Part shown: piece after piece, positions 27,257-37,900 of the stretch
How the letters are laid out: every line of letters begins with the position of its first letter
Numbering within the stretch: the first letter of the stretch is position 1
Origin: a virus
Length of the DNA: 64,000 nt
Direction: 5' to 3' (one strand)
IMG/VR virus record: IMGVR_UViG_3300025101_000019
Coordinates: 1 to 64,000 of that record
Position numbers and translations under genes: made by a program
The notes under the pieces: model-generated
What the model was told of the DNA's origin: nothing
What the model saw: only the letters and a program-made list of their open reading frames with translations
Databases searched by the model: none

Positions 27257-27667
27257 TTATGCCCCTGTTTTACTATTTGTAGGTTTTTTACCTTTAGTTC
27301 TGTTTCCACCTTTTTTTGCGTCACCACCTTTTTTCTGTGCCGCTCTTTTTCTTCTTACAAATGCTGCCCTACCTTTTGGTCCTAACTTATTGGCTTTCTC
27401 TTGTGATAGACATGCGGCGTAAGCACCACCTTCTTTACCATCACCACACTTACCTAACTTCTGTCCATCTGAACCATATCTGTCCCAACCACCACCTGAT
27501 GAGGTGCCAGTCTTTCCTTTACCAAACCACTTACGAAGGTCTTCGTTCATTAGATTCTCTGATACTAATCTTTGATATACATCAGAAATGGTATACTCCA
27601 ATGCTAACATATGAGGTACACCATCTGTCTTGTATGACTCGTAAGTTTCTTTTATAAAGGACTTCAT
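27257..27667 (-). CDS. Basic hypothetical protein (putative capsid cargo)
   Basis: MKSFIKE N-terminus, then LMNE followed by a basic DLRKWFG...GGWDRY...C...C domain. Confidence 0.65.
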   Translation of the reverse strand: MKSFIKETYESYKTDGVPHMLALEYTISDVYQRLVSENLMNEDLRKWFGKGKTGTSSGGGWDRYGSDGQKLGKCGDGKEGGAYAACLSQEKANKLGPKGRAAFVRRKRAAQKKGGDAKKGGNRTKGKKPTNSKTGA

Positions 27668-28248
27668 TTTTTAACTTCCCATTTTTTTAGATAGTTTTCT
27701 TTAAAAAGACGAAACTCGTTATCAATCTTCTCTTCAACATCTTCCCACGACATCTCGTTCCATTCTTCTATTGAACCATCTTCATTAACGAATTTCGCCT
27801 TTAATGCCGTTTTAACTGCCTGCTTTTCAATCTCGGCTTGTTTTAACCAAGACTTCATATTAGCATAAATCTTTTTTCTTTCGTACTCTTCGTATGTTCC
27901 ATCAATTCTCATTTGATGTTCCATTTCAATAACACAATCGAAACACATACCATGGATTCCTCTCATGTATATATCGTTTCGTGTTGGCTTTAAGTACGAG
28001 TTACAACCTTTTTTACAATTTGGAAACTTTGTTAAGTCTTCTCTTAACTTTGAAAGTTTACCAAGTTTAACCTTGTATCCTTTCTTTTGTTCCCAAAGTG
28101 TACCTTCATCATCAGTCCATTGGTCACCAACTTCTCTTTTGACAAAGGATTTAGTCTCACCAAAACTAACATTAGTTTTTGTTTGACTTTTATGTGTTCC
28201 GGCAATCATTTCGGTGACTGCTTTTACATTTTTTAACTTTTTTGACAT
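27664..28248 (-). CDS. Hypothetical protein with a Cys cluster
   Basis: CKKGC...CFDC could bind Zn. Promoter motif at 28269-28276. Confidence 0.65.
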   Translation of the reverse strand: MSKKLKNVKAVTEMIAGTHKSQTKTNVSFGETKSFVKREVGDQWTDDEGTLWEQKKGYKVKLGKLSKLREDLTKFPNCKKGCNSYLKPTRNDIYMRGIHGMCFDCVIEMEHQMRIDGTYEEYERKKIYANMKSWLKQAEIEKQAVKTALKAKFVNEDGSIEEWNEMSWEDVEEKIDNEFRLFKENYLKKWEVKK

Positions 28249-28284
28249 AACACTTGTTTAATACTTTATATAAATATACAAAAA

Positions 28285-31200
28285 TTAATAGAAAAGGCCA
28301 AGGATTTGATTAAGAGGTGCGAATGTACCTGTTAACTTATATGTACCACCTTTATATAGGAATACAATACCCTCGTTTGGTACTATCTTATCTCTTCCAC
28401 CAATACTCTTTAATCTTTCTAATTCCATTTTTAATTTTGCAATCTTTTTTGGGTCACCTGATTTCTGAACATCTTTGATTACTTTGTCTAATTGCTTCTG
28501 AATATCACGAAGTGATTTATCAGGATTAACAGTAAGTGCTGATGACATAAATGAAAGTACTTCTGCACCAAGACCTAAAAATATATCTTCGAATGGTTTC
28601 ATATTATTCTTAGCCATTTTTGAGTGGTCTATTTTATCTGTCTTGTTTGCCCAATCTCTTGTTTTAGAATCAGAAATGTTTTTCTTATCTAATCTAAATG
28701 ATTTATCATAAAACGCCCATCGTTTTACTAACCCCATTTTAGTTTTATTATCTAATGTGGTTGGTGAGTTTTTATCTACAAAATCACTCCACCATGCTTG
28801 ATGGTAATCTGCAACTCCATTAGAATCTTTTAGTTTAAATTCTTTTTGAAGTTTACTTACCTTCGATGAATAAATTGATTTCTTGTTTGATAAATCTTGA
28901 CTCCTCGGTATCTTAACAACTGGTGGTCCTTGGATAGTATAATTATCTTGAACATCGGCATTTACCTGCTTTATCATACCCGCTAATACTTTAGCGTCTG
29001 ATGTATCAGCACCGATTGCTTTTCCATCTTCATTATACTCCATCGTTCCATGAAAGACTAATAGAGGTTGACCATATGGTATTACATTTACTGACTCCGG
29101 CCATATAACTTCAAGGTTCATAAATTTTGAGCCATCCTTGAATATTTTACTTCTTTGCGCATCGGAGAGTTTTGAAATGGCTGATTCTAAATCTCTCATT
29201 GCGAAATTATACGCATCGGTCAACCCACCCCTATTAGCAAACTTATCGGCGACACCTTTGATGTCTAATGCGTTAAGTCCTCTGTCTTTGAGGTGTCCTT
29301 TATTTCTGGCAGCGATAATACCTCTATCTTTACGATATGAGATTGCTAACGCCTGTCCATCTGTTTTCTCTCTTGCAAACTCTAATGTTCCTTCGAGAGC
29401 TTTTGATATGATTGTTTTCAAATCACCAAAAGTTAAATTAATTTCAGTATCAAATGGGTGATTCATATGTCCATATGCGCCACCTTCCATAATCATACTT
29501 TCATTAAATATATTTTGTGTTCCTGCGTTTCCTACATAAGAAACAAAATACAATCTTTGTTTACCAACTTTTTTAGAAAGTACTTGTCCTTCTTTGCCTG
29601 AACTATCAAGTTCTTTTTTTGCATTATCAGGTTTTAAGTAAAACTTTCTCTTTTGTTTCATTAGAGATGCTTTTTTACTTTTTACTTTCTTCTTTGGTTT
29701 TTTCTTTTCACTTAAGAAGTTTTCTTTTTCTTTATTCTTAATCCATAATCCTATTTCAGGACCTTTAATATCGTTAGGTACATCTTTCCCACCAACTGAT
29801 AAATTAAAGTTAACAAACTTACTCATGTCTTTTCCATCTGATTTAGGACCTAACATAAGTTTACCATATTGTTTAATTTGGTCATCCGATAAAGTTGTTT
29901 TCTTTTGTGCGTTTTTATAAACAACAATATCATCGGCTCTAAATGACTGAAGTGATACTAAGAATACTATATTGTTTTTTTCTTCGTTTGAGTATGTAAG
30001 TTTGTTTAATGCTTTTGATAATACTACTGGAGAGTTTTTGGATAATACTACTGATAAAAATAAAATGTAATCATTATCAGTTGGATATGGTTTTGATACT
30101 TTTAGATTTGGAAGTATCTGTTGTGTAAATCCAAGTTTGTCACACATCTCTAAATACTTAGAAGGATTCTTTGCTTTCTTTATAGACTTAACAAACTCAT
30201 CTCTGATTCTTTCTGCACTTACACCTTTTAGTGATGGGTCACTTTGAAGTGCGTCATGTAGTTCTTTGTCAAGTTTACCACCTGTACTTGCTTGGAATCT
30301 TAATGCTCTTAATTTTCTAAGTGGGTCTTCATCAAATCTTTCTGATGCGTTACCAACTGTTCTAATGTTTTTCTTTTTAAGGTCTGCAATACCACCAACT
30401 AAATCTACGATTTCTTTTTTATCGATATCGTAGAACAATGCATTGATAGTTAAATCTCTTCTTCTTACATCACCTTCTATATCTGTATAATCAACTGAGT
30501 CGGGTCTACGACCTTTACCGATATCTTTTCTAAATGTTGCAATCTCGTGTCCACCAACCATTACAACTCCGAATGATTTTCCGACTTCAACAGTTTTCAT
30601 TCCTGCGTCCTTTGCAATCTTTAGAACTTCATCAGGTTTTGCGTCTGTTGCTAAATCATAATCTTTTGGTGACTTACCAAGTATTGCGTCTCTTACTGCA
30701 CCACCCACTACATAAAGTTTCTTACTATTCTTTTTGAATGCTTTGTGAATCTTTAAAATATCAGATGGTATTTTTAGTAATTGTTTTGCCTCATTTATTA
30801 AATCATATCTTTCAATAGATTCTTTTAGTGAAGCGGCTTTACCTTGTTGTTTTTTTGTTTTAGTTTTAGGAGTAAGGTTATCTAAATCTTTTGGTTCAGC
30901 GAATTTAACAAATTCCATACCCAATCTCAATGCAACTCTTTTAATATGTTTTGCCCATTTTCTATAAGCAGGTCTACCAGTTATATCTTTACCATATCTC
31001 TTTTTCTGCCCATCCATAGTATCACCACTTGGAAAGAATGATACTTGATATCTACCAGGTCCATTTGGATAATGGGTGTTAAACGATTCCATTGAGTCTT
31101 CGTCCATTAAGTAGTTTACAATATCCCAACCCAAGTCCCCAACAACTTCTTCCATCTCTGCTTTATAAGATTTCATATTACCATAGAATGCACCTGGCCC

Positions 31201-31902
31201 ATCATCTACAATACCTTTACCACTTGTTGGAATTTGTGAAGCTTCATTGATTAAACTATTAATGTTAATTGATTGTAAAAAAGATTCCATTACGGATTCT
31301 ACTGAGATTAATCTGCCTGATACTAAGTTAAATATTTTTGGATTGAATTTACCATATACTTTTTTAAAGAATGATTTTCTTTGAGAATCACTCCCCCTCG
31401 ACATTCCCTTACGAACATCAGTACCACTTATATTACCAAAAGATGGTGATACATAAACATATCCCTTATCTTTGTAACCTGTATCAACATTTCCCTTTTT
31501 ATACATTGAAAAATATTTTTGATAACCAGGACTTGCTAATCTGTTTGCATCTTTTTTTCCTACGACAGTAATAAATGCCGTTGTTTTTTCTGGAAACTTA
31601 TCCATCACCTCTGATGGTGAATATGGGTTTTTAACTTGAACAATTTTATTAGAAGGGATTTTAAACATCGTAGTCATAACTTCTCTTTTTTCTCTGAAGT
31701 TAAATGGATGTCTTGGACCACCTTGTTTGTTTGATGTACCTATGAATACATTATTCTTACCAAACTTACTGACAAGATGTTCGTAAACTTTTGCGTGTCC
31801 AGAATGGAAGGGTTGAAATCTACCTGAGTAAACTACTACCTCTTTTTTTATATCTTCACTCAGTATAGAGTCTACTACCCAATTTGTTAAAGTCTTTCCC
31901 AT
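28285..31902 (-). CDS. Multi-enzyme polyprotein: HIGH nucleotidyltransferase (NMNAT/cytidylyltransferase-like), unknown domain, class II CCA-adding enzyme, ligase-like domain
   Basis: GRFQPFHSGH...ISGTDVR; VGGAVRD, DYDLAT, RRRDLTINAL and EDPLR; EKTDG...NLE...LVF...EGIV...YK. Confidence 0.85.
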   Translation of the reverse strand: MGKTLTNWVVDSILSEDIKKEVVVYSGRFQPFHSGHAKVYEHLVSKFGKNNVFIGTSNKQGGPRHPFNFREKREVMTTMFKIPSNKIVQVKNPYSPSEVMDKFPEKTTAFITVVGKKDANRLASPGYQKYFSMYKKGNVDTGYKDKGYVYVSPSFGNISGTDVRKGMSRGSDSQRKSFFKKVYGKFNPKIFNLVSGRLISVESVMESFLQSININSLINEASQIPTSGKGIVDDGPGAFYGNMKSYKAEMEEVVGDLGWDIVNYLMDEDSMESFNTHYPNGPGRYQVSFFPSGDTMDGQKKRYGKDITGRPAYRKWAKHIKRVALRLGMEFVKFAEPKDLDNLTPKTKTKKQQGKAASLKESIERYDLINEAKQLLKIPSDILKIHKAFKKNSKKLYVVGGAVRDAILGKSPKDYDLATDAKPDEVLKIAKDAGMKTVEVGKSFGVVMVGGHEIATFRKDIGKGRRPDSVDYTDIEGDVRRRDLTINALFYDIDKKEIVDLVGGIADLKKKNIRTVGNASERFDEDPLRKLRALRFQASTGGKLDKELHDALQSDPSLKGVSAERIRDEFVKSIKKAKNPSKYLEMCDKLGFTQQILPNLKVSKPYPTDNDYILFLSVVLSKNSPVVLSKALNKLTYSNEEKNNIVFLVSLQSFRADDIVVYKNAQKKTTLSDDQIKQYGKLMLGPKSDGKDMSKFVNFNLSVGGKDVPNDIKGPEIGLWIKNKEKENFLSEKKKPKKKVKSKKASLMKQKRKFYLKPDNAKKELDSSGKEGQVLSKKVGKQRLYFVSYVGNAGTQNIFNESMIMEGGAYGHMNHPFDTEINLTFGDLKTIISKALEGTLEFAREKTDGQALAISYRKDRGIIAARNKGHLKDRGLNALDIKGVADKFANRGGLTDAYNFAMRDLESAISKLSDAQRSKIFKDGSKFMNLEVIWPESVNVIPYGQPLLVFHGTMEYNEDGKAIGADTSDAKVLAGMIKQVNADVQDNYTIQGPPVVKIPRSQDLSNKKSIYSSKVSKLQKEFKLKDSNGVADYHQAWWSDFVDKNSPTTLDNKTKMGLVKRWAFYDKSFRLDKKNISDSKTRDWANKTDKIDHSKMAKNNMKPFEDIFLGLGAEVLSFMSSALTVNPDKSLRDIQKQLDKVIKDVQKSGDPKKIAKLKMELERLKSIGGRDKIVPNEGIVFLYKGGTYKLTGTFAPLNQILGLFY

Positions 31903-31905
31903 ATC

Positions 31906-31913
31906 TATAAGTA
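31906..31913 (-). promoter_or_regulatory. Putative late promoter (TACTTATA), 3 nt before the ATG
   Basis: Motif copy. The spacing implies a nearly leaderless mRNA. Confidence 0.5.
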
Positions 31914-31939
31914 TCTTAGATTTATTAATTAGTTATTTT

Positions 31940-34900
31940 TTATCCACAATACAAGTATCCATATACATTTTCCATTCTACCATTAGAATCCCATGAAGAG
32001 GATATCATACACTTAGCAACTGTATATGAGGTATGTGATTGTCTTTCTTCGTAAACTGGACTTGAACCACTAAATGAAGTTACCACCCACTCTGATGGTT
32101 GTTTCATTAGATAACCAGGCGTATCTGATGAACATAGTAAATCTCCTTTACTTACATCACCACCTTGGTTACACAATTTAAAACCAGGTAAAACAAATGA
32201 ACCTGATTCATCCTGCGTTACACTATCCCCAATCGAAGCCACTTTCCAAATTTCTTTAGAACCTGTTTGACTTACAGGAATATAATCGCCAAATGAATCT
32301 TTTCTTGATGCGGAGTAATATTCCTCAGGTGGGGTAAGTTCGTCTGAATCACTTGTTTTATTTTTTCCTAACGCAAATCCTTCAAATTTCTGAACATAGT
32401 TTAATTCAAGTTTTTCCCACAGAATTCCAACAACATTAGTGTCTTTTGCAGTTGTGACTTTATGAAGTTCATTATTTGCACCTAATTTAACCAAGTCACC
32501 AGAATTAATATCTGATGTTATATCTTTTTTGTATTGGTGTCCAAGTGTTGTTTCCTGACCGGAAAGTCCACTTGGTGCGGGTGATAATTTTGAAAGTGTG
32601 TTGTGTGAAAGTATCCCATTTGAAACATAGTTGTGAACTATATCCAATTCATAATTCCAAACCTCAACTTCTTCGTCAAAAGTTTCTACACTTTTTATTT
32701 TATCAATGAATATTTTTTCACCATCGACAACATATAACTCACCACCAACTCCAAGTTCATCTATTGCAATTTCAGAATTTGGATAATCAGGATGATATAG
32801 TAAATGTGAGTTAGAACATTTTAATTCTTTGTCTGATTCTGTTTTTATCAAACTCCACCCTTTAACTTTATTAGTAGTAATTTCATCAATAGGTGACCAT
32901 CCCCATTCTTTAGTTTCAAAGTTAAATACTTTTATTATATCATCGTTTTTGGTATCTTCTATATTTATCTCACCTCTTTTAGTAATTATTTTAGTACCAG
33001 GCAATACACAACTATAACTTCCACCCGATGAAATCGCAGATGAAATAGAAGTCAATTCAGTATCAATATCATCTTCAAGGTCTGTAAATCTTGTAGCAGC
33101 ATTTCTAACAGTTCCATCACTATCTCTAAATCTTGGTACTTTTAGAATTAAACCAGTTGAGTCTACACCAAACATGGTATTAAATGCTTTTGTTGTACTA
33201 CCAGACTTGAAAGTTGCGGTATCTTCAAGAATTCCTTTAAATGTTGCAGTACCATCTTGTGCAATTTTAAATTGAGGTGCTGAAATATATCCTGAAGAAC
33301 CTAATGTAAAATCACCATAAGTATCATTTGAGGTTGCAGTTCCTTTTATTCCAATATGCGATGAACCAATTGTCCACCCACCAATAGAACCAGCTCCTGC
33401 GGTTACTGTACCATCAATGGATAATGTAGTTCCATCAAATTCAAGTTTTGGTGAACTTGTACCACCCATTTTAAATGTTCCTTTATCAAGACTTATTATA
33501 GAACCTTGGGTAGTACTTAAATTGTTAGACCTAATTGTTCCTGTCTTAATTGAATCACCACTAATTGTAGTAGAACCACCACCACCTGCGAACTCGGTAA
33601 CTTTTATATAATCTATATATGTCTTACCTGCTGCGCCATTATAGTTTACAAGAATCATTGGTGCAAATGCGTTTGTTGTAGTCCAAACTTGACCTGGGTC
33701 ATGAATGTTTGGGTGAACGCCACCAGTCTGGTAATATCCTGCAGTACCCTTAAAGTAACCTTTGTATATTACCCATTCACCAATCGCTGGTTGTGCACCA
33801 CTTGCAGCAAAGTAGTGTTGACTACCATAATTACCCCCCGTACCAGTAGTATTACCTGCAGCATTAATTGCGGTAAGTTTCGTACTACCATCTGTATGTA
33901 ATGAAGATGAGAAGGCGGTTATACCTGCGTAAAGGTAATTATAAGCACCTGCAGCTCTCTGTACTCTAACTTCTATTTCATATAATGAGTTTGGATTAAA
34001 TGGCATAACAGTATTTGAACTAAGCCAGGCCATGTCGTCAGTACCAGAATTATTACCAATTATAGCGACTGGCCCAAAGAATTGTCCGTAGTCTGTATCT
34101 GTAATTGAATCGTTTGCGGTGATAGCTCCACCAACAATGGCCATTCCTACACCTGAACCATCTAATTTTGGATTTTTTCCTTGGTCTATATATGAGGGTC
34201 TTGCTTCTCGTGTTGCTGCGTTAAAGTCTTCAAAGTATAATGCTTCTGGTTGATTTCTACCTACAAGTTCAACATCACCACTAATTTTAATATTACCATT
34301 AGAACCACTAATAGATGTTAGTCCTCTACCAAAATAAAATTCTTGTACTGCGAAGTCAACACCTGAACCTGATATCAATAATGTTTTAGACCCATTGTCC
34401 CATGCGAAGTAACCTGCTCCTAATGCACCCGAACCACTACCTAAATAGAAGTTACCATCATTATCCATAAACGCACTCATGTCGTTTATTGTAGCTGCGG
34501 AAGTTAATGCATTATGGTATCCAAGAACTTCACTATTCATTACCAACCCAGCTGGCGCAGGGAATGGAATTGCGGATAATGTATCACCTAAGAAACTAAA
34601 GTCTTGATTGTCTGCACCTTGAGCTCCTGTAGCTCCTTTTGCACCATTCGTACCATTCGAACCTGCCGAACCTTTTCCACCTTTAGCACCTTTTCCACCT
34701 TGAGCACCTTGACCACCTTGAGCACCTTTTCCACCTTGAGCACCTGCCGAACCTTGTTTAGATTTAGAGAACGACATGGTTTTTGCAATTATTACTTTCT
34801 GTGAACCACTACCACTAATTGCATTAATTTCTAATGAACCAGAATCTTGTGTTAGGCCTGTTATAGTAAAGTGATTATGTCCGTTTGTTGTTGCATTACC

Positions 34901-37900
34901 CGATGACCCACCTGCGTTTTGAAGTTGACTAAATGAAACTCCAGATGAACCTGTACCTGCGTACTTGTATGAATTAGTTTTATCAGTAATACCTTCAAAT
35001 ACAATCATATCGGTAATTGCACCATTCAATCCTCCAGATGCAATCGAACCTGCTGCGTTTGCAGGAATTGTATGTGATTCATTTGTAAGGAAACCTGTTA
35101 CTGCGTCAGAACCATCTGCACCTGGCGTTCCATCCGAACCACCTTCTACTTTGAATATTGTAATTGAATCAGATAAATCACTTGCATTGTTCGATACCTC
35201 AATTGTAATTGGAAATTGATTTTTATTGGTAACTTTCCCTGCTGCATTGGATGCACCATTGTCAAATGTTAATGTAAATGTTTGAGTACCTGTACCATTT
35301 GTTACCGTACCACTTAAATTTGGAGTAGTAATCGAATTACCACCACCTTTAGTGATTGTAATATCATTCTTATCGATTGTATGTGCTAAGTTCTGCTGAA
35401 CTACACTCATAGTAATTGTAGTAGGAGTTGAAGTTGTATCACTTGAGTCATCAAACGCAAAGGTTTGAGAATCCGAAAGTAAAGTTAGTGACCTTGCCGT
35501 TGAACCATCTAAACCATCATCACCTTGTCTTGCTACTGCAACCGACATAGTTTTTGCAATTTGAGTACTTGCACTTACTGCCGTCAATACAATAGAACCA
35601 CTAAATGGTGAAGTTGTATTTGTAATGGTTACTGGATTAGTACCACTCGTTGTTATATGTGCTGATTTAGTAACAGATATACTATAATCACTTGTACTAT
35701 CAGTCACACCCTCAAATACTATCATCTCAGTACTTGCGCCTGCGAATGAAATAACTTCATCAGATGAACTTAATGGAAGTGTATGAGAATCGTTTGTTAA
35801 AAGCGCTGAAACTGCGGATGTACCATCTGAACCTGGCGAACCATCTGAACCACCTTCGACTTTAAATATTTTTACTGAATCAGTTAACCCATCTTTGGTA
35901 CAAGAAATTTCAACAGGTAAAAATCCTTTAGTTTGTTGCATCCCACCTGCGGATTGTCCCCCGACCCACTTTAAACTACCACTTACAATACCAGTTCCAT
36001 TTGAAACATCACTATTATCAAAATCAAATCCCGTTACTACCGAACCACCATTTCTTGTAATTGTAATATCACTTGCTCCAATAGTACCTGTAAGATTTTG
36101 TTGTTGGAAACTAAATATAATATTAGATGGTGTAGGGTCGTTATCAGAAGAATCATCAAAAGCAAATACAGGCGAATCTAAACTACCAATTAGTAATTTA
36201 GCGGATGTACCGGGATTACCATCTGCACCTTGTTTAGTTCGTGTAAGTGACATTGTTTTAATCAATCGTGTACTTGAACTAACTGCGTTAATTGTTAGTG
36301 ACCCCGAATCAGCATTTAGGCCTGTTATACTAAAATGATTATGACCTGCCGTTGTTGCATTACCTGACGAACCACCTGCTGATTGTAAATGTGAAAATGT
36401 TGTTCCTGTCGATGCCGTAGCAGAGAATAAGTAATTAGATGATTTGTCTGTAACACCTTCGAATACTTTTACATCAGTTACACCACCTGCGAATGATGCA
36501 ATACTACCACCCGAATCTGCAGGGAAGTTATGATTCTCATTTGTTAAGAAAGCGGTAACTGCATCTGTTCCATCTGTACCAGATGTTCCACCTTCTACTT
36601 TAAATACTTTTATACTATCTGTAAATGTGTCTTTACTTACTTCAATTGTAATTGGTAAATGAGTTTTAGATACGACTTTACCTGCCGCCGGAGTTGCCCC
36701 ATTATCAAATGTAATACTACCACTTAATAAACCAGAACCATCACTTACATTACCACCTAATGATGGTGTTGTGATTGTTCCACCACCATTCTTAGTAATG
36801 GTAACATTACCTGTTGAAAGTGCCCCACTTAAATTTTGTTGATTGATAATAAACGATATTGAACTTGGTGTTGCAGTAGTATCTGCAGATGTATCAAAAG
36901 CGTAAACTTGAGAATCAACAGTAACTTGTAATGTTTTAGCATTAGAACCTGCGAGACCTGCAGTACCTTGTTTTGATTTAACCAAGGACATTGTTTTTGC
37001 AAGTTGTGTACTTGCACTAACTGCGGTGATTATTATCGAACCACTATCGTGTACCATGGCTGATATTGAAACTATATTTCCGTTTGTACCACTTAAAGTT
37101 GATTCTGTTTGAAGACTACCTGTTCTACTATAAGTGTAGTTTGCAGTTACATTTGTAGTACCTTCAAATACTTGCATTGAAGAACTTGCGTCAGTAAAAC
37201 TAACAATAGTTCCGTCTGATTGTGCAGCGAAGGTATGTGCTTCATTAGTTAAGAATGCCGTTACTGCGTCAGTACCATCAGAACCTGGTGAACCATCTGA
37301 ACCACCCTCTACCTTAAATAATTTTATTGTATCGGTTAATCCATTTTTAGTTGCTGATATTGTAATTGGGAAATGTGATTTAGTTCCTTCTATACCACCT
37401 GCATTTAGATTATTTCCAAACACAATACTACCACTTGCTATACCACTAAACTTTCCATCAGTAGAAGTTACATTAGTATTGTTGAAAGCAAAGTTTGTAA
37501 TAGCATCATCACCTTGAGTTGTGATTGTAATATCACTACTTCCAATTGCGGCGTTTAAGTTTTGTTGGTTAAATGAGAATATAACATTTGTAGGTGTAGC
37601 CGTATTATCTGATGCACTATCAAATGCCATCACTTGTGAATCTAAACTTGCTACTAATGTTTTAGCATTAGAACCTGCGAGACCATCTGCACCTTTTGCA
37701 CCTGCAGCACCTGCGGTTGATTTTGCAAGTGACATAGTTTTAACTAATTGAGTACTTGCACTAACTGCGGTTACTGTCAATGACCCACTATCGTGTCCCA
37801 TTGCGGTTATACTAAATGTATCTGTATCTTGACTAAAACTAACACCCAATGAACCTGTACCACTAAATGAATAGTTTGATGTCTTGTTGGTGATACCTTC

